In this document: piece after piece, positions 36,060-47,589 of the stretch
How the letters are laid out: each line of letters starts with the position of its first letter
Numbering within the stretch: the stretch's first letter is position 1
Assembly: GCA_051530055.1 (NCBI GenBank)
Contig: CM121341.1
Span: 16,284,784-16,348,783, forward strand
Reading direction: 5' to 3'
Length of the DNA stretch: 64,000 bases
DNA from: Neoechinorhynchus agilis
Taxonomy: Eukaryota; Animalia; Acanthocephala
Notes under the pieces: generated by a model
Databases searched by the model: none
Told to the model about the DNA's origin: nothing
Seen by the model: only the letters and a program-made list of their open reading frames with translations
Program-made: the position numbers and the translations under genes

Positions 36060-37560
36060 ACCTAAATACCAACAAAATCATTCAGCTACCTCGAAATTCG
36101 TCCTCTCAATCCGAAATCCCAATCTGGGCTCTTCGCTACATCATCCCCGAACGCATAGACCCTCTTACCCTCATTATAAATCGCAACTTTTTATATAGCA
36201 TCTACCCCTCATGACTAAAAACTGCTAAAGTTATTCTTCCGGAAAATTGACATCCGATTTCCATGGATTCTAATAGCACGTTTAAAAATTACCGAAAAAT
36301 GTTTCAAAACTCGCCCTCCACTTCTTAGCATTAGATTATGGCCCTTACAATTCGGCTTACTACCCAAATTTTCGGCAACCGATGCCTAATTTGCATTTAC
36401 GACACGCTCCTACCCAACCTCAACAATAATTTCTCTCACGTCACTACTAGCATTCAATTGGACTTCTCGAGAACACTAGACTCCGTAGATCGCTCACTGG
36501 TTCTCCTGATCTTTTCCGGTTTCGGTCTAAACTCCTGGCGGATCCATTGGCTGGTCTCTTATCTTCACAATCGCAAAAAATACATTCACTGCAGTTTTAC
36601 CTCCTCTATCAGCCTATGCCGCATGTGCTTTCACCATTTCTCTCTAACATTTTCCTCAACGACTTCAACTCTCCTCTCACTCTAAACGTTTCTTATACGC
36701 CGACGATATCACCCTCGTTACACCCATTCACCACCCCACCTCTCCCTCTCCTTAACCTCTAACGAAATCACACAAATAAAAGATTTCTGCACTAATTACA
36801 AACTCTACGTGATTCTCTCTAAATGCTTCGGGTTTATCTCCTCACTTTCTCGCAATTCCCTCTCCTACCCTGATCTTCCAAATGACATCCTACGAGTCAC
36901 CTCCCTCAGAATCCGGGGTTGTCAATTTCAATCAAATCTTAAATGGTACTCGTGCATTACACTTTCCTTCATGCGCAATACCTCTAAAATTTACTTCCTT
37001 ATGCGCTTCCGCCGTTTAAGAGTCCCTTCTCACGATCTCTCCAAATTTTAGTACAGCTTTATTTTGCCCTGCCTCACCTACGGTTATTCCATCTTCAGCA
37101 ACCTATCCAAATCACAAATCTGTCGGCTTGAAATGTTTCATAGAAGAGCATCTATAATTTACACGGCTGATTTTCCCCTCTCCCCGAATGCCTTGATACT
37201 ATTTTCATCAAACAAGCAAAACACCTCTCAAACCTACCACCACAATTTTTGTCGCACTTTATTCCCCTTTTCACATGAGCACAACACTCGTAATCCCAAT
37301 TCGTTTCATCCTCCTATATCGCGCAGCTCCCTCTACTTCCGCTCCGTTTTCCATCCAACACAATCTTCTCAAATACCGTGACTTGAAATGAATCTGAGGA
37401 AAGAACCAACCACACAAGTTATTTTGTTAACAATAACCAAAAATTCCAACCCGACCGGACATCCCCCGACCGGATATTCATACTCGACCGAGCCCGCAAT
37501 ACACTCCAAAATCAACAACCGCATTCATTTAACAAATCAAAACTCGAGTGTTTATGAGGA
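36060..37560 (+). mobile_element. CR1/L2-like LINE RT and 3' UTR, decayed
   Basis: IQLDFSRTLDSVDRSL, YADD-like motif, LKW...I..., FRRLRV; shared 3' end with the 17.6 kb copy. Confidence 0.75.
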
Positions 37561-38142
37561 CCGACATCAGCGTGGCCAACAATAGTGGAAGACTTTAATT
37601 AAAATTTTTGGAGGCGTAGCTGGTTACTCTCTTCAGAACAACACCATAATGTAATTGGAGAGAAGGTGATAACAAAAGCACTCGAATGATATCCAAGATT
37701 CGCAGCGATGAAGTTCCTGGTTCGCTATTATTGTTGGTGACCAGGAATTAACGAGGACATTGGAAGGCATGCCGGAAAATGTTGCGAATATCAATCGAAA
37801 AGACAGCAACATATTGAAATGCCACTATTTTCTTGGAACCCAAGCGACACCCCGAGGAAGAGTTCATGTCCACTTTGCTTAACGGAAGAGATATCGTGTA
37901 ACGCCGATCAGGGACAAAATTGTACAGGCCTGCCTCAGGTGGTATTGCTACGCTTTTCAGTAGATCGCTGATACTTTAAGAACCGAGCGTGGTTTGGCTA
38001 ACCAGTTGAAATTAATAAGAACACCGTATAATGAGCTCGTGAGTTCCAAAAAAAATCAAGATCACTTCTAATACCTCGCATTGTTCACTCTCAGAACGAA
38101 ATTTATGAAGTGAAGGCGAAGAATTTAAATTCTTTACGTATT

Positions 38143-38927
38143 TTTTTTAAAGCATCGAATTTTTATTTACTGGGTAAATGTTTTCTTTTTTAACCAAAAG
38201 CAAGCGTACATAATTTATAGTTTCTTCGACGCTCCTATTCATCGGCGCTGGCCAAAATGCTAGCCGCATTGCCCCGCTGCAATGCTTATTTTTTGCGCCA
38301 AGAACGACGTCGATCTTGGCTCTCCAGTCGCTGCGTAAATTCGTTTCCCCAAGTCCTTTAGGAGGGCTAGTGCCGACCCTCCCAAGGTCCCATACGTTTC
38401 CACACCGAAGGGGACAAAATGGTAATTTCGGATTAGCTCCCTGTATTTTGAACATTTCTGATCCTCTGCAGCCGTCGCCGCTCCTCCTGGACCTTTTTTC
38501 GAGTGGCTGATGTTGGAGTTTGCCAACGTGTCCACACACGTTGCATCCCACAACAAACATTTTCCCTCCCGCCAAGGAAATACGGTCACGCCATCAGGGC
38601 GTCTTCCATCTAATCTACAAAGATTAGTGGGTTCTAGAATGTTTGGAAGGGAAAGCGTTTTTAGGGTCCTACTCAGAATGGCATTGATTTCAGCATGCCT
38701 TGGAAATCGTCCCGCTGACTTCTTGCATATGAGACCGTGTCTCCCCGAAGAGTCCACTATAGTGCCGCAGCTGCAGCGATGCGGGATGCAAATCGGTAGA
38801 CCTAATCTCAAGGATACTGCGATCCTGACGACTGAGTCAGCAAGGAGATTTCCAAGTTTCCCTACAGGGAGAGCATTCAACCACGCTCCCGACTCCTTCG
38901 TGGAACAGGCTACCAGCCGGACCTGAG
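38143..38927 (-). mobile_element. CRE-like retrotransposon, 5'-truncated (copy 2), with short poly(A) and 7-bp TSD
   Basis: SGAWLNALP...CSCG...RHGLICKK...RPDGVTVFPW...WDATCVDT...PFGVET; ACGTATT at 38136-38142 and 38928-38934; empty site at about 24424-24430. Confidence 0.9.
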
Positions 38928-39157
38928 ACGTATTACCCAATTTTGGAAAGTTGAACTTTCAGAGAATAAAATGATTTCACAGCGCTTGTTTATCCTCACA
39001 AATGCTCATCTTTCTCTCACGTAAATTTATTTAGTCAGTGACGATAGTCATTATTTCCGGCACTCATCATGGCACCTGATAAGAAGCTTAACACTGCAGA
39101 TAAGCTAATGAACTAAACAAAAAGTTTTATAATTCACTTGTTTAATTTGTCAACGGT

Positions 39158-39991
39158 TTAAGGAGAAGAAATTTCGTCATTTAAGCATAAAAGAATTTTT
39201 TCTCCCTTTTTAGTTAACTTATCTCCGATACTCACAACGGCAATTACAGATATGGAACAGCGTTGACCGTTAGTATATTTAATAAGAAAAGGGCATTTGT
39301 ATGCTCCTCCGAAATCACAAAAGTCTTGACCTAATTGATATCTCATTTTATCAAGAACTATTAAAAGCATCACTAATACAGCCAACGAACTTGCACAGCC
39401 AAGAACTGAAAATAAGACAATCTAAGAAGTTTCTTTTATTTCGAGAAAAATAAATCGCTATTACTTACAAATGATCGGTATCGTTGCTGAATGTATCGTT
39501 TGTATATCGGCGTAAAATACGTTCCAATAACAAGAAAGGTAAGCAGCGATACAGTGGCGCAAACCATCTGAATAACATCCTTTACGATAATCGAATCGAC
39601 CGACGGATACTTTTTAGTAGGCACGCAACTCAGGTTCGCCGGTCTCTGCGATAAAATGTCGGTTATAACGAGCCATTTATCTGGAATGTTGTACGTCAAA
39701 ATTCCAGTGGTGGCGATAAGAAACTAAATCGATGAAATGTATTTCAAAAACTAACAAACTTGAGATTACTATACTGATTGATAGAGTTTTTGCGAACTTC
39801 GTGCTCAAGTGACATTTTAAGTGTTGCTTAAACGGTGCTTGTCCAGTTGTTTTCAAAAAATCGCAACTATCAGAGCTCTCAATCGATTCAACTGCAATTG
39901 GTAAAGATTTTCCGACTGGACCTTCGCACTCCTCTTCACTCACTGAATAGAATTCTACGGAACTTAATCTTCCCTTCATTTGCAAGTACAT
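39158..39991 (-). CDS. Orphan multi-pass membrane protein, spliced model from three ORF blocks
   Basis: GT-AG joins give TLSISI/FLIATTGILTY, VCATVSLLTFLVIGTYF and ILGCASSLAVLVMLLIVL hydrophobic segments. Splice sites are inferred and no family is recognised. Confidence 0.45.
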
Positions 39992-40767
39992 TCTCTATAC
40001 TTGCTAAAATAAATTGCAGATCCGTCACCATGGTATTAGTCTAACATTTAACCCAAAAATGATTTATGACCCTTACAGTGCGTTTTTGAAATTGAACTTA
40101 GCTTAAAATTGGTATCTTTAGTTTGCGTTTTTACACTCACTTTCCAAATGCCTATAAAACCCAAATGACAAATGTTATGAAGACTAGAGTATGCGAATTT
40201 GAAGGAATTGAACAGATAAAAGATCCTTAAAAATTATCAAATTTTAATCGGTTCAAGATCTGACGACCGTCGACAACGTTTTAATCGTTTACGATTTCCT
40301 TGTTTCTATGAGGTTTAGAAGAACCGAAGTGTGAATTCACGTCTTCCAACGGACGACAATATTTATTTTACGAATTCTCTAACTTTTGCGCCGATCTTTT
40401 TGACAATTACCATAATTTTTGTAAAGTTTTGCGAAAAACCCCACAACATGAATTATATTTATAGCTAGGGAAATCGATTTCCCTTGTGAAAAATTTAGCA
40501 CACTTTGTAAATTAAACCAACTGCTTTTCTGATATTAATCAGGTATTAAACTGGTCAAGTTTCCATGTTGTAAAAGCGTTATTAAATTGCAAGAATTAGT
40601 CTTGCCCGACGCAACCCGTCACTCACTGTAGTTTCGCTGCACGAACACAAGAAACTGTACGTAGAAAATAGGAGTTTTCACAGGCTTGACACAGAGATCG
40701 GACGATAACCACGACATTTTTCTTGATTTAAATACCTTAGTTCTTTGGGTACGCAAATTTGTCCTCG

Positions 40768-40914
40768 ATGAAAATATCACTTTTTTCCCGATCTGCTTTT
40801 TCATCAAAGTAAGTTGCCGAAATTCAATCCAAAAATCTATTTATCTTTCAGGATGTACTTCTCGGTCCAATCGAAAGATGTATTTGGTACGGGAATGATA
40901 AAGATAAGTCAAAC
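40768..40914 (+). pseudogene. NPC1: Truncated duplicate of NPC1 exon 1, intron 1 and part of exon 2
   Basis: ATGAAAATATCAC... has one T fewer than 27603, giving a frameshift; homology ends after the TGTATTTGGTACGG (CIWYG) segment. Confidence 0.75.
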
Positions 40915-42115
40915 GTTCTAAACCATTCCGCCCCGAGACTATCGGCGCTGGCCAAAGCTGAAAATTATAGCACTCAAATTCATGATGTCAGATAATTTAC
41001 AAATGTATTGAAATCCTGAAAATCAGTTTTGTGGACTTTGTTCAATGGGCATAATAAAGTTCAGAAAAAAATTGTAAGCGTGAGAAAGAGAGTGAGTGAA
41101 TAACACTAAAAAAGTTATAGCGCGATTTGACATTTTTACAATTTTCATAAAAAACTTTCGTAAAATTACCTAAAATCAACACTATTATTTTTCTTAATCC
41201 TCATGTCGTAAACAATTTAAGGCTAAAATTAGGTAAGAGATCGATTCCGCGTTTTTTATAATCCAGTCAAACAGTTCGATCTTTACTCTCGAAATTTAGA
41301 AGATTGTGCCAACGGCTGGTAAAATAAATTCGTCGTTTAAATCAGCCAATTTATTCGGAACGGAAATCGTGACTTTTGGAGGACACTTCCAAATGTGAGG
41401 ATTTAATCTATTAAAAAATTCTTAATATTTCGGCTATATTTGGGAGCACTTCTCTTAATTTCACGGAAAGGTTCAGTGCTGCGACTTAACGGAAGCAAAA
41501 GTTATATGGTGGAAGCGTCGCGAGAGCTCCTTGAATTCGCATTCGTAATTGCAATTGAAACTTTGCAAAAGTTCTTGTACGTTTGAGTGCCAAATATGAA
41601 ATTCGAAATCAATTCGACTTCAAAAAACCAATATCACATTTTCAGATTTTCTTTTATTTTTAAGTGCCCTCTGAAGCGTCAAATTAAACGCTTAAATCGT
41701 CATCGGGCGTTGGCTTGAAGCCGAAACTTACTGTTATTGTAGTGAGAAATAATAAAGTTATGTAGCTTTTTCGCAATGAAAGTTCGTAGGCGAAAACAAT
41801 GCTCTTTGCAGAATATTCACGAAATGATTTCTCTCCTAAGAACCAGAGGAAAACCTCCTAAGTTATGACGCTCAATCGAAAATATTTCCTAGCGTTGGGG
41901 AAAACATTGGTCACGTAAATACCCACTCGCTAGGTTTTTGTACCGCTTGGTTTTTGAAATTCGGTAATTACATTATTTGCGAAATTTCAGTGAAACAAAA
42001 AAAATAATTTGTAAACTAAAACTCAAAAATCGATAATACCTTAAATTAAAAACGATGCAAGTAAAAAAGTTGCTTAAGGCAGGAATCAAAAGCTACTAAA
42101 TTTAGTAATTTAATA

Positions 42116-43171
42116 TTTTTTTTAAAAATTTTTTTTTGAAAAGCAAAACAACAATACAAAACCTCTCCGCTCCTATTCATCGGCGCTGGTCAAAATGCTG
42201 GCCGCATTGCCCCGCTGCACCGCAGTGCTTATTTTTTGGGCTAGGAACGAATTCGATCTTGGCTCTCCAGTCGCCGCGTTGATTCGTTTCCCTAAGTCCT
42301 TCACGCAGGCCAGTGCCGACCCTCCCAAGGCCCCATACGTTTCCACACCGAAGAGGACAAAATGGTAGTTTTGGATTAGCTCCCTGTATTTCGAGCATTT
42401 CCGCTCCTCTGCCGCCGCCGCTCCTCCTGACCTTTTTTCGAGTGGCCGATGTTGGAGTTTGCCAACGTGTCCACACACGTTGCATCTCACAACAAACATT
42501 TTCCCTCCCGCCAAGAAAAGACGGTCACGCCATCAGGGCGTCTTCCATCTAATCTACAAAGATTAGTGGGTTATAGAATGTTTGAGAGGGAAAGCGTTTT
42601 TGGGGTCCTACTCAGAATGGCATTGATTTCAGCATGCCTTGGAAATAGTCCCGCTGACGTCTTGCATATGAGACCGTGTCTCCTCGAAGAGTCCACTATA
42701 GTGCCGCAGCGGCAGCGATGCGGGATGCAAATCGGTAGGCCTAATCTCAAGGATACTGCGATCCTGACGACTGAGTCAGCAAGGAGAGTTCCAAGTTTCC
42801 CTACAGAGGGCATTCAGCCACGCTCCCGACTCCTTCGTGGAACAGGCTACCAGCCGGACCTGCGACACCTCACCCAGAAGATCTTTGAAAGAGTTGTGAA
42901 TCTTCTGAACAAGAGGAATGTCCCAAGACGACTGTTTGCATTCATTTGCGGGGAGCTGGTTGATGCCTGTCAATTGATGCCATTGAGATAATTCTGTTTC
43001 ACAGATCGCATCCTTCGGTGATGTGCCTAAAATTGCATCGACATAGACTTTACTTGCCCGGCAAGGGGAGAGGAAGGCAGGTAAAGCGACGTCTGAAGTG
43101 GTGCGGACTTCCAAACCACCATAAGCCGTGGGAAAAGTAGCCTGTCACCAACCTGTGTCAGAAAATTTGAC
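42116..43171 (-). mobile_element. CRE-like retrotransposon, 5'-truncated (copy 3)
   Basis: T-rich tail at 42116-42137; REL motifs nearly identical to copy 2; the empty site is preserved in the inverted copy near 59775-59790. Confidence 0.88.
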
Positions 43172-43789
43172 ATAAAAATGAATAAAGACTGAGTAGAGAA
43201 TGCTTTTGTGCCACCAAATAGTTTTAGATTCAAAGTTTATCTTTTTTTAGAACTGTGTTAAACGAGACTAACACTTACAAATATCGAACTTGATTACATT
43301 ACGCAGATTCCGATAAACCATTGATTTTTCGCTTAATCGCGTAGTTAACTTCAGCGAAATTTTTTATCGATATTAAGCTTTCGGGATAGAAAAGTTGATC
43401 GTAATGACATCATCCTTACCGTCAGCAATTTTTGTTTTCTTAGAAATCTACCAATTTTGCATCTGCTAATGTTACAGTCATTATCGCTGTCAACAGAACA
43501 AGATATTTGTGGGGAAATTTTCAATCTGAGCTGTTGTATTCTGTTCGTTGAACAACATTGTCACCCTTGGCGTGCCTCGCCGGACGTCGGACCATTGGAA
43601 TCATCTTTCTTGGTTTCCGTTTCATCACTTTAGGTTGTCATGCCAAATGACAAATCTAAAGCACTGCTCCCGTCCTCTTCATTTGTGCTTTCAAAACTAT
43701 GCTTTAACCATTCAGTAAATGAATTCAGGTGTGAAAATTTAACCTATCTTCAGATTGGGTGTCTTGCCAGTCCGAAAAATGCCTCACGT

Positions 43790-43945
43790 CCAATTTTGCG
43801 TTATCGCTCGATCAAACTGCATTTTCTCGCATACTAAAGATCTTCGAATGCGTGCTTGATGGGCGGATAAGAAATGTGGTGAATTGTAGCATCAATCAGA
43901 TTGGTTTCGTTAAAGAATGTGGAACCACTGACACTACCTGCCTAG
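43790..43945 (+). mobile_element. RTE-like RT relic inside repeat B (second copy inverted at ~59000-59160)
   Basis: YRSIKL..SHT.KIFECVLDGRIR.VV..S.NQ.GFV..CGTTD across one frameshift. Confidence 0.7.
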
Positions 43946-44760
43946 ATTTCGGCGAATGAAAAGGTGGACCATCAATATCGTCTAAATATTGAGAAGGTGC
44001 AAGCATTCTACCACTAAAGTAGTAAATTGCTTAAGACCTAATAGATTCAATTAACGTCGAAAAACATTGACGCACCAGTATTTCGTCAAGATCGAATACT
44101 TTGTTGAGACCTTCCCTGACTTCATTCGCAAATGAAAATTCGGTGCATCTTCAACTTAATCGCCAGTGGGCGCCTAGACTGCTTCAAAATGCCATTATAT
44201 TCTCGGGTTCGTCGAGTTTTATGTACGGCTATGGCATTGCAGCCCTTATTCCAATCTTACAAACGATATCGTTTTCAATCGAATGAATAACCGCGGATCA
44301 TTTAGTGAGGTAAAAATGGTTATTGGAATGGTACATTCGTAGCTGGCAACTTCATTGAAGCTTTAGTAACTGCACATCCGTTTAGATTTGGAATAAAAAG
44401 CGCATGATAATTCTCAACTATGTTAATACTTCACTGTGTTCCACCCTCGCCCTTTTTTCAACTTGCCATCAAAGATTAATCCCCTTTAATTTTTCAAGTT
44501 GGTAAACAAGGCGACGCTTTATCCCACAATATTCGAATGTCAGCATACGAAGTCAATCAATAAGACTTTTTTGGAAAACAAGCGATCGCTTTAATTATTT
44601 CTTCAAATCGCATCAAATCTCGCAGACACAATAGCAGTACTGTTGGATGATTAAATCGTTTTACATCATGGAAAAATTACAAGCAACCTTGTGCCGATGA
44701 ATAATTCAATCTTAAAACAATGATTAAGTCATTGAATAAAATAAGACTAGAAAACTTACA

Positions 44761-45338
44761 CTACGAGTGCATTCGTTGGGCCCTTTTAAAGGTTTTTTCA
44801 GCAACAAATTGTGTAGGTCATTAAACAATTCGGAGGATAGAAATGGTTTTTCGAGATTGTAGTTGACAACATACAGCGGCAAATCCGTTTCGTTTAAACT
44901 TTGAGGAATTTCGAATCTTTCTACAATTTCATCTAGACTGATAATCGACGTTAAATGCTTTGTTCAACTTCAATCCTTACATTTCATGTTATTGTTTATG
45001 TCGCTTGTCGAAACCTGAGGGAGATCGTTAAAGACGAATATATTTCGACCGATTAAATCGGTCATATCCAGTTCAATTGTTTTGTAAGTACCCGAATATT
45101 TCTTCGATTGTTCGTATGATCAAATTCTTTTTCCAATTTGTTTTGCGACCAAGGATTTAAGATACGATCGACATTTTTTTTCTTCATTATTGTCGGAGTA
45201 AATCCTTGACTGCTCTCAACGTTCGTCGCCTGCTTCTTTATTAATAAAATCCTCGTCGCTCAAACGAACCACTTCAATTTGTTCTCCAAATTCTCTGATT
45301 AATAGTTTAGCGACCTCGGTCTTCCCAGGTAGAGGAAA
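44761..45338 (-). pseudogene. Cryptic ~190-codon frame with a P-loop-like start (nucleotide-kinase-like), interrupted by four TGA codons
   Basis: PLPGKTEVAKLLIREFG...; no TAA or TAG over the span; ends at a GTAAGT donor (44759). Not listed in the ORF track. Confidence 0.4.
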
Positions 45339-46689
45339 TCAACACAATAATCAAACCGCTAAATTCTGTGTCATGGCTGATCGATACTTTATTAGCAATG
45401 TTGTTAGCTTTTCAACGATCTTAAATTATATTGTTCAGAAATCTTAAGAAAAGCAGGTAACTTTCCATATTACCTACGTAACTAAATAAAAAATTACAAC
45501 GCTTTCACGTAAAATTCTTTGGCACTATAGAGTAGTCGACAAAAACCGAAAGCGATTGAAACGTCTCGTCTTATCGTCAAAGTGAACTATTAGCACATTT
45601 CGAACAAAAAACTGCAAAGAAATTTACATTCGATCGAGTTTTTCCTTCGAGGGGTTCAGTTCATTTTCTCTATACGGCGAGTTTTTGCCCCCCCCCGAGA
45701 ATTATTTGTAAATAAGCAAATTTTCGAAGCCTCTACCTCCTTATCAAGCATCTAAAAATACATGTAGTAGGGGAGCTCATTTGATCCCTGGACGCGGGTC
45801 CATCAATTTCCGAAGTTGATAAAATATGGTGAAGAAAATAAGAACTGAGAAATTCAATTTTATTGTGAATTTTCGGCCGTAGCGTAGGCCTTCTTCAGAC
45901 TATCTAAAATGTATCAGTCGCAAATCCTATGTCCTTTTGGAACGATATCTGGCGGAACGCGTAGGTGGAGTGTGTAATCGCCCTTGTTGTGCATTGAAGT
46001 TCCATATATAAACGAGAATTGGAACTGTAATATTGAAACCTTGGTCAAACGACTCGAAAGGAACGCCAAACAAAACGACCTCGGGTTCAACAGGCAAATA
46101 AGAATACGGCAAGAGGACGACAGGCTACACCGATAAGCACCAGAGACATTCCCTGCTCGTCTACAACCGAAAGCCATGTAACACAGGAGCAATTCGTCAC
46201 AAATTCGTATCCGCCCAATGAATACAATTAAGTGCCTCAAATCAGATATAAAGTTTATACTTCTTACCTAATGCATTTGCGATGTTGTTTGTATGTGGGT
46301 ATGATATTAAATTAAAAAATTAATTTATTTGCGATGAGCTACATGCAATAGAGCAAACGAACACAAATATATCACGGAATTTTCCAATAAAACGGTCCTG
46401 GACAACAATTTGCATTTCAGTACCAAAACAATGTTAACACGCAATTTGGTTATTGCCCACATCGACGAAAAATGAATAATGGAATGGGAATACACAATAC
46501 AAACTTTCCAGCCAACGCAAATGCTCCAATGGTGAACACCTATTATGGAAATTAGACTACAATTTTAACCCCACAAAAAATGACACTCCGAGCAACTGGT
46601 CCAACGGGATGGCTGAGTATCACGAAGGTTCCTGAATTCTCCTGTTCGATCTAAACAGGAGAATTCAGGAGAATTCAGGAACACAAGCG

Positions 46690-46995
46690 ATCGATAAATA
46701 GAAAGAGTGACATGAGTTCTGCAGTGGTCTCACACGCTATGAATACTGGGCATCAGATCGATTTTGATAACATACAAGTGTTATTACGAAGTCACGATCG
46801 ATTCAGTCGTGTGGTCATGGAAGCTGTGTATATCCAGTCGTCATCCATTTTTGATGGAAACAAGCCAGATTACAAATTGAAGCTTCGGATTCCACCCGAT
46901 AAGATCAACGTGTGATAGTTTTTGGCTTTCCCTACCTCTCTTTTTAGAATTCGCTGAAGATCCTAGTTTGGATCGAAATATTCAATTAATAAATT
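46690..46995 (+). mobile_element. Penelope-like element 3' relic: GIY-YIG C-terminal half plus pLTR
   Basis: SAVVSHAMNTGHQIDFDNIQVL....RFSRVVMEAVYI, then CTGAA-GATCC..GGATC-GAAATATTC and AATAAA at 46954-46993. Confidence 0.8.
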
Positions 46996-47059
46996 AATTA
47001 ATTCTTACTTCAATTCCCATACCTCAAACATATGGATTTTATTTTCAACACTCTTAATA

Positions 47060-47415
47060 ATTGTTTTTGTGACGTTTCTCACCCAGACATTTATTTATTT
47101 GATCGAATTTTCGAGACTCTCCGGTCTCCTCTTCAGGTGTTGTCAACATCTAAAACACAAGCGCTCGCTCATCATCAATTTACGTTTTAACTAAGGACCC
47201 GGGGTCCGTCATGTCCGTTAGCAGAGGCGCAATTTTCCGTGCTGCTACCCTGGGGGAGCTTAGGCCATGAGCAGATATCTGTGGTTGATAACTTTAGGGT
47301 CACATTCCCTTTGTTACCTTCCATACGTTTTTGTCGCTCGGCCTGTTCTATCATCATGGACTCCATTATGAGCCTCCGTTATAAATGTCTGGGTGAGAAA
47401 CGTCACAAAAACAAT
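47060..47415. mobile_element. Head-to-head pLTR-like element G with a hammerhead on the minus arm
   Basis: Perfect 35-bp inverted repeat 47060-47094 / 47381-47415; minus strand 47139->47102 reads CTGAAGA-G-GAGAC-cggaga-GTCTC-GAAA-ATT-C; tail resembles element E. Confidence 0.65.
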
Positions 47416-47589
47416 CATACTATATACCCAAAACAACAACTTGACCTTATACCCTTAATAATATTCTCAATGACTTTTCAGCGAAAATACTACAAATGGT
47501 GGACTTGAGGATAAGCTCAGCTATTCAAAACCTCGAACGACGCCTAGAGAAACACTTCAAAACCTGACCAATTCTATCTCATTAGTCTG

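Larger units (their letters stand above)
37971..40914 (+). repeat. Segmental duplication copy 2 (membrane-gene 3' block, membrane gene, NPC1 promoter and 5' stub)
   Basis: Ends match 24313-24797 and 26913-27750 in the same order and orientation. Confidence 0.8.
40957..44490 (+). repeat. Repeat B copy 2 (long form), interrupted by CRE copy 3
   Basis: 40957-42030 matches 34028-35040; 41560-42115 plus 43172-44490 match 58465-60290 inverted. Confidence 0.8.

Noticed and set aside
38928-38950. ATTACCCAATTTTGG resembling the nematode SL1 leader / Sm site at a CRE target
   Set aside because: Only about 9 nt match, the paralogous site reads ATTACTCAA, and no SL RNA stem-loops or donor are visible.
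44761-45338. Genome-wide UGA reassignment
   Set aside because: Long genes here (NPC1, SAAL1, Elongin A-like, eIF6) have no internal TGA, and some end in TGA.
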